Source: Hemiscyllium ocellatum (lineage: Eukaryota). Taken from it: a stretch of DNA of 64,000 nt. The notes below the pieces were generated by a model that was given only the letters and a program-made list of their open reading frames with translations, searched no databases and was not told the origin of the DNA. The stretch is taken from contig NC_083409.1 of assembly GCF_020745735.1 (NCBI RefSeq), positions 9,785,534 to 9,849,533 of the forward strand, given 5' to 3'. Position 1 is the stretch's first letter, and the number at the start of each line of letters is the position of its first letter. Shown one piece after another: positions 36,380-48,500 of this stretch. A program made the translations under genes and the position numbers.

Positions 36380-39300
36380 CCTTGAAAGTGGAATTGCAGG
36401 TAGGTCAGGGAGTGACGAAGTCATTTGCCATGCTTTCCTTTATTGGGCAACGCATTGAGTATTGGAGTTGGGAGCTGTTGCAAGTGTACAGGATATTAGT
36501 TTGGCCCCTTTTGGAATTCTCTGTGGAATTCTGGCCTCCCTGCTGTAGGAAAAATGGTTCAGAAAAGATTTCCAAGGATGTTGCCAAGTTGGAGGATTTG
36601 TGCGATCGGGAGAGGCTGAATAGGCTGAGGCTATTTTCCCTGGATCGCTGGAGGCTGAGGGGTTACCATATCGAGGTTTCTAACACAATGAGGGGCATTG
36701 ATCAAGTGAATAGAGAAGATATTTTGGTCAGAGTGAAGGAGTCCAGAATTAGAGAGCATAGGTGGAAAGTATCAGGAGAATGATTTAAACGGGAACTAAG
36801 GCATAATGTTTTCCTGCCGAGAGTGGTACATTTTTGGAATGAGCTGCCAGAGGAAGTGGTGGAGGCTGGTATGATAACATTTAAAAGGCATTTGGGTGAG
36901 TATATGAATAGGAAGTGTTTAGAAGGATATTGGCCAAATGCTGAAAAATGGGACTAGATTAATTTAGTTTATCTGGTCGGCATGGACAAGTTACACAGAA
37001 GGATCTATTTCTGTGCTGTACATCTCTCTGACACTATGACTCTATGTCTCTGTGGTTGACATGGATGAGTCAGATCGAAGAGTCTGTTTCCATGCTGTAC
37101 ATCTCCCTGACTCTAATTGTGTTTCAATCAAGCCCTCAGCACCTCAGACTCTCCCAAAGACAGTTACACTTTGCTTGAAAACCAGTCACTGTTGCAATTT
37201 CAGGAAAGGGGCAACCAATTTCTACACAGCAAGGTCCCACTGGAAGCAATGACATCAAAGAGCATTCTTCATGATTTTGGTTCAAGGATAAATATTGTCC
37301 TGAACTCAACCCAAAGAGAAAGTAATTTGGTTCAGTTGGATGGACAATGAGAAAATGGAAGGTAAAGGAGAAGGTAGGATTGCTGGTTAGTGATGGGATT
37401 GATTGTTACCAAAAAATAAAAGGAAGGGACGGAATTTTTGAATATCAAAGATGCCATAAAATTGCAGGGAAAGTCAAGAATAGATCAACATTAAAGATTT
37501 TGTGTCTAAATGCACGAAGCATTCCGAGTCAGGGAGACAAAGTGATGCCCCAAATCGAGGTAAATTGAGTTTCCAAGTAATTTAAACTAGTTAAAGTGGA
37601 GGAGGGCTCAGGAACGTTTAGCAAAGATTCTAGAAGATGTAATAGGACTGAGAGCATGGAAGTGATCAGGAATCAAATGTCAAGCACAGCAGATGAGAGG
37701 AACAATGATGAGAAGGAGGGCAGTCAATGTAGGACTGAGGGTGTTATACTTAAATGCACAAGATATACACAATGAGCTTGTAGTTCAGATTGAAACTGGC
37801 AGGTACAATGTTGTGGGTATCACAGGGACATGGCTGTAAGGGGATCCGGGCTGGAAACTAAATATCCAAGGATCCATATCCTATCAAAAAGACAGGCAGA
37901 AGAGCAGAGGGACAGGAGTTGCCTTGTTAGTAAGAAATGACTTTAAATCAATAGCAAGAAAGATACAGTCAAAAGGTGTAGAATCTGTGTGGGGAGAGTT
38001 GAGGAACCCAAGAAATAAAGAATCTGATGCAAGTTCAGGTCTCCAAGCAGTAAACAGGGTGTGGGGAAGGAAATCAATCAGGAGACAGAAAATCCATTAA
38101 AAAAATGGATAGGTGGACTGGGTAGCACGTCTCAACAAAAAGATTTCATGGAATGTCTATGAGATGGTATTTGAAACAGCTTGCGGTTTGGAACAGGCAG
38201 TTCTTGATTCAGTGATGTGTAATGAGGCAAACTTGGTTGGTGAGCTGAAGGTGAAAGTGTCCCTCTGGATAAGTGACCATAATACGATAGAATTCCCCCT
38301 GTAGTTTGAGAGGGAGAAGCTGTAATCAGATGGAACAGTATTTCAGTTGAGTAAAGGGAACGACAAAGACGTGAGGAAGGAGCTGGCTAGAGATGATTGG
38401 AAGGGGAGCTGAGCAGGTAAGATGGTGCGGCAGCAAACAGCAGGGTTTCTGGGGGTAATTCAGGAAGCAGAGTAGGAATTCATCCCAAAAAAGAAGAAAC
38501 ACACTAAGGGGAGGACAATGTAACCATGGCTGATGAGGGAGGTCAAGGACAGCATAAAAGCAAAAGAAAAAGCACACAATGTGGTGGAAAATAGTGGGAG
38601 GCCAGAGGATTAGGAAGTCTTTAAAAACCTGTAGAGGATAACTAAAAAAAAAATCAGGGTACAGAAGGTGAAATGTGGGGGAAAGCGAGCCAGAAATATA
38701 AAAGAAGATTGCAAGAGTTTCATCAGATATATAAAAAGGAAGATGGAGGCAGAAATAGACATTGGAAAAAGAATAATAGGAAATGAAGAAAAAGCAGAGG
38801 AATTGAATACATACATTACATCAGTCTGCACAATGGAAAACACCAGCAGTGTCCCAGTACTTCAAGACTGTCAGGGGACAGAGGTGAGAGCAGTGGCCAT
38901 TACTAAGGAGGAGGTACTGGGGAAGCTGAAATGTCTGAGTGTGGATAACTCACCCAGACTGGATGAATTACACCAGTGTGTTCTGAAGGAGATCACTGAG
39001 GAGATTGTGGAGACATTTTTGATGATCTTTCAGGAATCAATGGAGTCAGGGAGTGGAGATATTTTCTAAATGAGGAAAGCCTTTGGAAATCTAAAGCACA
39101 AACCTCATTCAGGATTTTCTTAAGGTGAACAGGCAGGTGCAGTTTGTGCTTGGGAAGCAAATGAAATATTAGCATTCATTTCAATAGGGCCAGATTACAA
39201 GAGCAGAGATGTACTGCTGAGGCTGTGTAAGGCTCTGATCAGACTGAATTTGGAGTATTGTGAACAGATTTAGGACCCATATTCTAAGAAACAATGTGCT

Positions 39301-39785
39301 GGCATTGGAGGGGTTTACAAGAATGATCCTGGGGATGGAGGGCTTGTCATATGAGGTGTGGTTGAGGACTCTGGGTCTGTACTCGATGGAGTTTAGAAGG
39401 ACGAGGCGGGATCTTATTGAAATTTACAGAATACAGATAGACCTGGATAGAGTGGATGTGGTGAAGATGTTTCTGAAAACAGGAGAGACTCGGTAACCAA
39501 GGCACAGCCTCAGATTGAAGGGCCGACCTTTTCGAGCTGAGATGAGGAGGAATTTCTTCAGCCAGAGGGTGGTGAATCTGTGGAACTCATTGTTACAGAG
39601 GACAGGGAGGCCAAGTCACTGAGTGTATTTAAGACAGAGATAGATAGGTTCATGATTGTTAAGGGGATGGAAAGTTCCTGTGGAGTAGGCAGGAGAATGG
39701 GGGTGAGAAGCATATCTGCCAAGGTCAAATGGCAGAGCAGATTCAATGGGCTGAATGGCTGATTTCTGCTCCTATTTCTTAAAGT
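36380..39785 (+). mobile_element. CR1-type LINE fragments in the cluster-2 J-C intron
   Basis: Endonuclease (LCLNARSI) and RT motifs with stops. Confidence 0.8.
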
Positions 39786-39944
39786 CTTTTGGAGAGTTTC
39801 TCCAAAACCCTGGAACACTGAACACTGGACTCTGAGCCCTGCTGTAGTAGCTGTTTGTCGTCAGAACTTTGCAAAGAGATTATCCAAGAGTGGAGAGAGT
39901 GTGCATCCATGTGGGAATTTCAGAATGTTTCCCAGCTCCTGGAA

Positions 39945-40630
39945 TACCATGAGTACAGGAAGTGTGGTCAGTGACAGCAGTTGGAGCTCCGGTTTCGGAG
40001 CATGAGCAGCAGCTGGGGTCAGTGCGGAGCGTCCGTGAGGCTGAGAGGTCCGTGAAGAGCACGTTTCTAGATGTGGTCACTCCGCAGCTTCAGAGTATGC
40101 AGGGAGAGAGGGAATGGGGGAGCAGCAGACAGTGCAAAAGGACCAGGCAGCTAGTACAGGAATCCCCAGACATCCTACTCTCCAACCAGGATTCAGTTCA
40201 GAATCCTGATGCGAATGATGGTTCATCTGGGGAGTGCAGCCAGAGCCAGGTCCATGGCACCACGGGGGGCTCAGCTGTACAGGGGGGCACAAGGAAGACT
40301 GGAAGAGTGATAGTGAGAGGGGATTGGAGAGTGAAGGCAGTCGATAGGTGTTTCTGCAGCTGCAGATGGGAATCCAGGATGGTGTGTTGTCTCCCTGGTG
40401 CCAACGTCAAGGATATCACTGAGCGGCTGCAGACCACCCTGAGGGGAGAGGGGGAACAGGCAGCAGTTCGTGGTCCACATCGGTCCCAGTGACAGAGGGA
40501 GGAAAGGGATGTAGTCCTGCAGTCAGAGGTTTTGGAGCTTCCTACTTTTAAGTAATCTGGGAGCTTCCTACTTTTGAGTTCCTGCTGCTAATTAGTAGCA
40601 GGAACTCAAAAGTAGGAATCTCCAGATTAC
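39945..40630 (+). mobile_element. CR1-type ORF1 remnant with a fold-back palindrome at its 3' end
   Basis: RVIVRGDWRVKAVDRCFC...VCCLPGANVKDI; paralog of 18425-19330. Confidence 0.75.
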
Positions 40631-41134
40631 TCCCAGTGCCCCACGCAAGTGAAAAAGGGCTCAGGCCCGAAACATCGACTCTCCTGCTCCTTGGATGCTG
40701 CCTGACCTGCTGCGCTTTTCCAGCAACACATTTGCAGCACCCCACACAAGTGAGAATAGAATCAGGAGGTGAACACAGGTGATTGCTGGGCTGGAAAGAG
40801 GATCCATGAGGGAGGGCTTTAGATTTTTGTGAGGTGGTTTACTACTGTTAGAGAGAGTTTAAACTAACTTGGCAGGGGTGTGGGAGCCAGGGGCGAATAT
40901 CAGAGAGGAACACCAAGGACCACAGAATCCTCACAGCAGTCAATAAGTCACCACCCAGTGGGAAGGATGTGGAGAAATACAAATGCAAGGAATTTACAGA
41001 GACCTGCAAATATGATAGAGCCGTTATAAATGTGGGGGGGGGTCTTTAATTTCTGAATATAGTGACCAGACTGGCAAAAGTATGTTTAGGTGAATTTTCA
41101 GGTGGCATTGGTGGCTTAGTGGTGGCTCAGGGGT

Positions 41135-41454
41135 GGGGGTCAGCATGGTGGCTCAGTGGTTAGCACTGCAGCCTTATAGTACCAGGGTCCCAGGTTTGAA
41201 TCCAGCCTTGGGTGACTGTCTGTGTGGAGTTTGCACATTCTCCCTGTGTCTGCGTGTTTTTCCTCCGGGTGCTCTGGTTTCCTTCCACAGTCCAGAGGTG
41301 TGCAGGTCAGGTGAATTGGCCATGCTAAATTGTCCATAGTGTTTGATGCATTACTGAGAGGGAAATGGGTCTGGGTGGGTTACTCTTTGGAGATCAGTGT
41401 GGACTTGTTGGGCCAAAGGGCCTGTATCCACACTGTCGAGAATCTAATCTAATC
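41135..41454 (+). mobile_element. HE1/V-SINE-like element inserted in a LINE, copy B only
   Basis: Full SINE with aatct tail; absent from the paralogous LINE in copy A. Confidence 0.85.
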
Positions 41455-43875
41455 ATTGGCAGTGAAGAAGGCTGTCTAAGAATACAATGGAATCTTGACC
41501 AACTGGGCCAGTGGGCTGAGGAATGGCAGATGGAGTTTAATTCAGATAAATGGGAGTGCTATATTTTGGTAAGACACAAGAGATGGGTGAGATCCTGAAC
41601 AAATACTTTAGGTCAGTATATATTGTGGGGAAAGCTAGGGAATTTGGAAAAATAGTGATGTCTTGAAAAGAGAACACATCTAAATGAGGAGACGCTAAAG
41701 ATCTTAAAACACATAAAGGTAGATAAACCCTAGGACCTGATCAGGTGTATCCCAGAACATTGTGGCAACTGGGGAAGAGATTTTTGGGACCCTTGCTGAG
41801 ATATATGTATCATCGGTAACCATGGATAAGGTGCTGGAGAAACAGAGAGGTTGGCTAAGATTATGCCATTATTTCTGAAAGGAAAAGCAAGGGAACTATA
41901 GACCAGTGAGCCTGATGTCAGTGCTGGGTAAGATGTTGGAGTGGATTCTGTGGGACAGGATTTACATCGTTTGGATAATCAGTGTGGCTTTGTGCATAGG
42001 AAATCATGTCTCCTGAATTTGATTCAGGAGGTGACCAAAAGAATTGATGAAGACAGAACAGTAGACATTGTCAATATGGACTTCAGAGTAAAGTGTTTGA
42101 CAAGGTTCCACATGATAGACTGGTTGTGAGGTTAGACCACATGGGATCCAGGGGGAGCGAGCCATTGGAGTCAAAAAATTGGCTTGAAGATTGGAGGCAG
42201 AGAGTGTTGGGAAAAGGTTGCTTTTCAGACTGGAGATCTGTGAATAGCTGTGTGCCACAAGGAATGGTGCTGAGTCCACAAATGCTTTTCATCATTTAAA
42301 GAAATGATTTGGATGTGAATATAGGAGTTACGGTAAGTTTGTAAATGACACCAAAATTGGTGGGACAGTGGATAGTGAAGAAGATTATCTCAGGGTACAG
42401 CGGGACCTTGATCAGATGGGGCAATGGGCAGAAGAGTGGCAAATGGAGTTCAGTTTAGATAAATGTGAGATGTTGCATTTTGGAAAGGCAAACCAGGGCA
42501 GGAGTTATACAGTTAATGGGAGGGCCCTGTGGAGTGTTGCTGAATAACACACCTAGGGGTGAAGATGCAGGTACATTATTCCTTGAAAGTGGGGTCACAG
42601 GTAGACAGGGTGATGAAGAAGGTGTTTGGTTTGCTTGCTTTTGTTCATCACTGCATTGAGTACAGGAGTTGGAACATAATGTTACAGCAGTACAGGAGAT
42701 TGGTGAGGCCACTTTGGGAATGATGTGAACAATTCTATCATCCTGAGGTAGGAAGGATGTCGTTAAACTTAAAAAGCTGCAGAAAAGATTTACAAGGATG
42801 TGGCCAGGATTTGGAGGGTTTGAGCTGTCGGGAAAGGCTGAAGAAACTGGGGCTATATTCTCTGCAGCATCTAAGGCCTTGGGATGACGTTATAGATGTT
42901 TATAAAACCATGAGGGGCATGAACTGAGTGTATATCCAAGGTCTTTTCCGTGGAAAAGGGATTCCAAAACAAGAGGACATAAGTTTAAGGCGAGAGGCAA
43001 AAGATTCAAAAGGGACCTGAGGGGTAACTTGTCACACAGAGGGTGGTGCGTGTCTGGATTGAGCTGCCAGAGAAAGTGTTGGAGGTGGTTACAATTACAG
43101 CATTTAAAACACATTGGGATGGGTACATGGATAGGCTGGTTTTCGAGAGATGGAAGCCAAATGCTGGCAAATGGGATGAGATCAGTTTAGGATATTTGGT
43201 TAGCATGGACAAGTTGGACTGAAAGGTCTGTTTCCACGCGGTATGACTCTGTGACTATGAGTTGCTGGAAAAGCTGAGACTTCTTACCCTGAAGCGGAAG
43301 GTTCTGAGGAGTGACCTTGTAGAGGTTTGGAAAATCATGAGGGACATAGATAATGTGAAGAATTCTGGAAGGAGGCGAATGTTTTGTAGCGATGGCAAAA
43401 ATTGTTCCCAAAGATCATTCCAGGGATGAGGAACATCAGTTATGAAGTTTGATTGGAGAATTTGGGACTGTCTTCTTTGGAGAAGGCTGAGAGGAGATTT
43501 GTTCAAGGAATTCAGAGTCAGGAAGGGCCTGGACAGAGTAAATAGGGAGAAAATGTTCCCAATTAAGAAAGGATTCAGACCAAGAGACCACAGATCGAAA
43601 GCAATTGGGAAAAGTAACAAAAGTGAGATGGGGAACAACATTTTTAGCCAGTGAGTGGTTAAGGTGTGGAATGCACTGCCTGAGAGTGTGATGGAGGCAG
43701 CTTCAATTAAAACATTCCAAAGGGAATGAGAATGTTAGTTGAAAAGGAACACTGTGCAGGGTGGCAGGGAGAAGGCAGGAGAATGACGCTCAGTGAATTG
43801 CTCATTCAGAGAGCCGGTCCAGACAGGATGGGTGGAATGGTCTCTTTGTACACTGTAACAATTCTGTGATTGTGT
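41455..43875 (+). mobile_element. CR1-type LINE fragments (partly paralogous to 22560-24200)
   Basis: RT and 3'-UTR motifs. Confidence 0.8.
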
Positions 43876-44312
43876 GATTGAGCAGAGTTAAAGCTGGGGG
43901 AGGTGGGAGCTTGGTGTATCACTGTGCTGCTGCTGCTGAGGTCAGTGAGATCAGAGACTGGGACAGGGATCCAGAGCTCACATCAAAATCTGCCCTGAGT
44001 CTGTCACACTGAGACTGGCAGGAGGCTACTCACTGATTTCACTCCATGCTGCAGAAATGGGACCACAGGCTGAAAATGGACAGAGCTCCTCCACACAGTG
44101 AGTAAAACTGACTGACTTCTGTCTTGCTGCTTAAGCGGGGCAATGGAACTAAAGAAGTACAGCTGGACACCCTGTTCGACACAGTGCTCCTCAATCAACC
44201 ATTTCATTCACTGCAGCTCCCCACTAACACCTTCAACAATTCAGCATTTGTGTTTTAGAAAGTGTATTACAGTATTGACAGGGTTAATAACGGACAATTG
44301 AGGTTTACTTGC

Positions 44313-44347
44313 TCAGTCTGAGTTTGGTTCCTTTACCGAACGTGTAC
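44313..44347 (-). CDS. IGKJ: Ig kappa-type J segment, cluster 2 (J2), YTFGKGTKLRL
   Basis: G TAC ACG TTC GGT AAA GGA ACC AAA CTC AGA CTG A|GCAAGT: intact FGKG motif, but the donor is GC where J1 has GT. Confidence 0.93.
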
Positions 44348-44386
44348 CACAGTGAGAGCTCCCAGTGCAGAGGCTGTATAAAAATT
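44348..44386 (+). promoter_or_regulatory. 23-bp-spacer RSS of J2, degenerate nonamer
   Basis: CACAGTG (44348-44354), 23-nt spacer, ATAAAAATT (three mismatches to consensus). Confidence 0.88.
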
Positions 44387-44830
44387 TCTGCTCTCTGCTT
44401 CCCCCTGTCACTCTCAACCTCTCCCTGTCTCTCTCTGTCTCTGTCTATTCTTGGTCAATCTCATTCACTCCCTACCCCTCTCTGTCTCTCCCTCATTCAT
44501 GTGTCTTTCTCTCTCTGTCTCCCTGGGTTGTGTCCAGCTACTCTCGGGGGTTTGTGAAATTGAGTTTTCATTGTTAAATTTTGCAGCTGTTCTTCACATG
44601 TGGCCATGGAGTGTAAGAGGGAAACTTGAGGCCTTCAGTGAGCGGTGGACACCACAGGGACTGGAGTGTGTAGTGGACAGTGACAAACCCAGCATGGGGT
44701 AATTTGTTCAATTTACTTTATATATAACTGTGGACGTGTCAGTGCAGGAGTTGGGACTATCTGTCCCTTATTATACATTTCATATAACTGTTGGATGTGT
44801 CAGTACAGGAGGTGGTGGTGTGCGTGTTGA

Positions 44831-44858
44831 GGTTTTTGTATGGCTCTGTATCACTGTA
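44831..44858 (-). promoter_or_regulatory. 12-bp-spacer RSS of V2 with mutated heptamer
   Basis: Minus strand: TACAGTG (position 1 C>T), ATACAGAGCCAT (12 nt), perfect nonamer ACAAAAACC. Confidence 0.92.
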
Positions 44859-45154
44859 AAGGCTGCTGCTATACTGCTGACAGTAATAGTCAGCGACGTC
44901 TTCATTCTGAACGTTGCTGATTGTCAGGGTGAAACTGGCCCCTGATCCACTGCCGGTGAATCGATGGGAGACTCCTGTGAATCGATTTGTTGCAGCATAG
45001 ATCAGGAGAGAGGGTTTCTGACCTTCTCGCGGCTGGTACCAAGCAAGGTTGCTGCTAATGCTTTGACTGGTCATCCAGGTGGTGGTTGCAGTCTGGCCCA
45101 GTCCCACTGACAGCACCGGGGGAGACTGGGTCATGATGATGTCCCCACTGATAC
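44859..45154 (-). pseudogene. IGKV: Ig kappa-type V exon, cluster 2 (V2); open frame but Cys23>Trp, probably non-functional
   Basis: Acceptor cctcAG at 45155-45156. Translates [99 protein letters not shown]; the first canonical Cys is replaced by TGG. Confidence 0.9.
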
Positions 45155-45338
45155 CTGAGGGGTCAGAGAGAAACAGTGAAGTCACAACTGTCACAGAAAG
45201 AGCCGGTCAAATGAGAGATTGTTGGAGACACTGAGCATTCCTCTGGTTTCAGCATTTTCCCTTCAATCACAAGTCAGTGGAATTGGAGTGAAATGGAGAG
45301 CAGCTAAAGATTCAAGGTGGAAGGAGAGAGATTTGTAC

Positions 45339-45387
45339 CTGCGACACAGAATGCCAGGGGCCAGATCAGCTGGATGTGTGAAATCAT
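45339..45387 (-). CDS. IGKV: Leader exon of V2 (MISHIQLIWPLAFCVAG)
   Basis: Identical to the V1 leader exon, with a GT donor. Confidence 0.9.
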
Positions 45388-45447
45388 GGTGTGTGCTCCT
45401 GTCCCTGTGCCTGGTTCCTGATAAACTCTCCCTTCACTGGGCTCTGC

Positions 45448-45501
45448 TTTATAAAGCTGCAGCCTGTGAGAGTCTGACTGGGTGTTCCTCAGTATGTAAA
45501 T
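45448..45501 (-). promoter_or_regulatory. V2 promoter: TATA box and variant octamer
   Basis: TTTATAAA at 45448-45455 and ATTTACAT at 45494-45501, with the same spacing as V1. Confidence 0.7.
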
Positions 45502-48500
45502 GGCATCAGGCAGAGAGAGCCACGTCAGCCCCACACACTTCCTCTTCTCTCTCTCTCTCTCTCTCGCTGTCTCTCTCAGAGAATCATTGATGTGAACAAC
45601 ATTGAATGAGGCCATTTGGCCCATTGTGTCTGTGTGAGTAAACAAAGATCTGATGACACTAATCCCATCCTCCAGCTCTTGGCCCATCACCCTGGAGGCA
45701 ACAGCAACACGAGTGAATATCTAAACACTGCTCCAATGTCACGAGAGTTTGTGACTCAACCTGCCTTTCGGGCAGTGAGTTCCAGATTCCCACCACCCTC
45801 TTGGTTAAAACATTTCTCCACAATTCTCCTCTCACTCCAATTTGACTGGGCCTGGACTCACTCAAGTCCAGAAGAATGAGAGGGAATCTGATTGAAATGT
45901 ATAAAATTCTAACAGGGCTGGGCAGGGAGGAGGTTTCCCCTGGTTGGGAAGTCTGGAATCAGGGGACCCAGTCTCAAGGGGATACAGGGTAGACCATTTA
46001 GGACTGAGATGAGGAAACATTTCTTCACTCAGAGGGTAGGACAACTTGGAACTCAAGGAACTGAATAAATTCAACAAAAAGAGAGAGATAATTGTTTTGC
46101 ATTTTAACAGCATGAAGGGAATGGGGAGAAAGCAGGAATATGGTTTTAAGATGGAGGATCAGCCATGATCATACTGAATGACAGAGCAGTCTCAAAGGGC
46201 CAAAAGGCCTACTCCAGTTCCGAGTTTCTATGTGTCCATGTCTGTGTTACCTGGGACACAGGTTATTGAGTCCTTTACTGATATATAAAGTGCCTTCTTA
46301 CCCACGCTATCACTGCCCCAAATAATCTTATCCCCCTCTATCATGTCCCCTCTCAGCCTTCACTGCTCCAAGGAAACAATCCCAACCTTTCCAAGATTTC
46401 CCCACAGCTGACCCTCCATCCCAGGCAGCATCTTGGTAAATCTCTGCACCCTCAAGTACAGTCACATCCTTCCCAGAATGTGATGACCAGGACCTATCCA
46501 CCTCTCTCTCTCTCTGTCTCACATCTGCCACTTCTTTCTCTCTATCTCTCTCTCTCCTACTGTTAATCTCTTTCATGTTCTCTCTCTCTCTCACTCTATC
46601 TCATAGCCACTCTCCCCAATTCACTCATGCTTTCTCACTCCATCTCATAATCTTTATTTTTCCATCTCTCAATGTCTCCATAACTCCTTCCCTCTCTCGC
46701 TTCAATTTAAATCCTCTGTTTATCTCTCCTCTCTATACCTCCCTCTGTCTCTCTCCCTCCCTCTCTGTATTCCCAATCTACAGCCCCACTCCCTCCCTCT
46801 CTGTCATTCTGTTTCTAATCATACTCATGTCTCTCACTTTCTCTCTCTCTCTCTCTGGCGCGCGCACACACACGCACACACACACACACACACACGTACA
46901 GACACTCACCCTTTGTCTCTGACTCACTTCTCTCTCTTTCTCAGTGTCCCAGGTTGTGGCAGTTGAATTCAGGATGAATCTCCCTCTCTCTGCCTCACTC
47001 ATGGATGTTAACCCTTGACCCCAGAAGCATGTTTTCTCCTGGACTAAGGCCCCATTTTCCACATTGACCTGGATTTGGCCTCTCTCAGAAAGATGGCTAG
47101 ATTCTTGTCAAATGAAGGGCAGTTCTGTGCTTTTGGCCTGTTCTCATTGGAGACTGGTTTGGACACAAAGCTCATTCCATGAAGGCCCAGCAGAGAGAGG
47201 AGATCCTCAGGCCATCAGTGTGAGCTGGAGGGACAGCACAGGCTCTGACCCACTGATCCAGCCTGTCCATTCACAACATTTTCTAATCCCTTCCCCTCTC
47301 CTACCCCTCTCTTTCCCTTTCCATGATCAGTCTATGAGTCAGGGTGTTTTACTGGGATGTGGGTTGAACCATTAACACAGTTACAACAGAAAGGAACCGA
47401 ACCCCACACTCACCTTGGTGTCCATGATGCACTGGACTCTCCTACAGAGTCCAGTAAACATGGCCTCCTTCCTGCAAGAGCCTCCACTAGAGACCAGTAA
47501 ACATTGGTCTCCTTCTGACTGGATCCTCCAAGACAGACCAGTAAATATGGGCCTCCTAATCACTGGAACTTCCAGTGGAGATGAGTAGATGGTTGAGTTT
47601 TTGAAGAAGTAAGCAAGAAGATAGGTAAAGATAGATTAGTACACTCTGTCTACATGGAGTTAATACAAGGTTCCCTATGGTAGACTGCTCAGTAAGATTA
47701 TATCACACAGGATCCAGGGAGAGCTTGCCAATTGGATATAAAATTGGCCTGATGGTAGGAGGCAGAGGCTGGTGAGAGAAGGTTGTTCTTTAGACTGGAG
47801 GCCAGTGACCAACTGCCTGTCACAAGAATTGATCCTGGATCCACTGTTGTTCATCATTTATATGAACAATTTGGATGAGAAAATAGAAGGAATGGTCAGT
47901 AAGTTTGTGGCTGACGTTAAAATTATTGGCATAGTGGACAGGGAAGAAGGTTATCCAAGAGTGCAATGTCATCTTGATCAACTGGGCCAGTGGGTCAACA
48001 AATCCAGATGGAAATTTTGATAAATGGAAGGAGTTGCATTTTGGTAAGACAAACCAGGGCAGGAATTACACAATTAATGGTAGAGCCATGGGGAGTGTTG
48101 TTGAACAGAGAGACTGAGGGGTACAGGTACATAGTTCCTTGGAAGTGGGGTCACAGGTAGACAGGGTGGTGAAGAAAGTATTTGGCATGCTCACCTTCAC
48201 TGGTCAAAGCAGGGAGTACAGGAGTTGGGACATGTTACAGCTGTACAAGGCACTGGTAAGGCCACATTTGGACACAGTACATTTCTGCTCATCCTGGTAT
48301 AGGAAGGAAGTTATCACAGTGGTTTGAACAAAAGAAAGATTAACAGGGATGTTATCAAGATTGGAGGATTTGAATTACAAGATGAGGATGAATAGGCCAA
48401 GATGTTTTTCCAAGGAATGCAGGAGATTGAGGGGTGACCTTATAGAGGTTGTAGAATCATGAGGGTCATAGATAAGGTGAATAGTCAAGGTAGGAGATTC

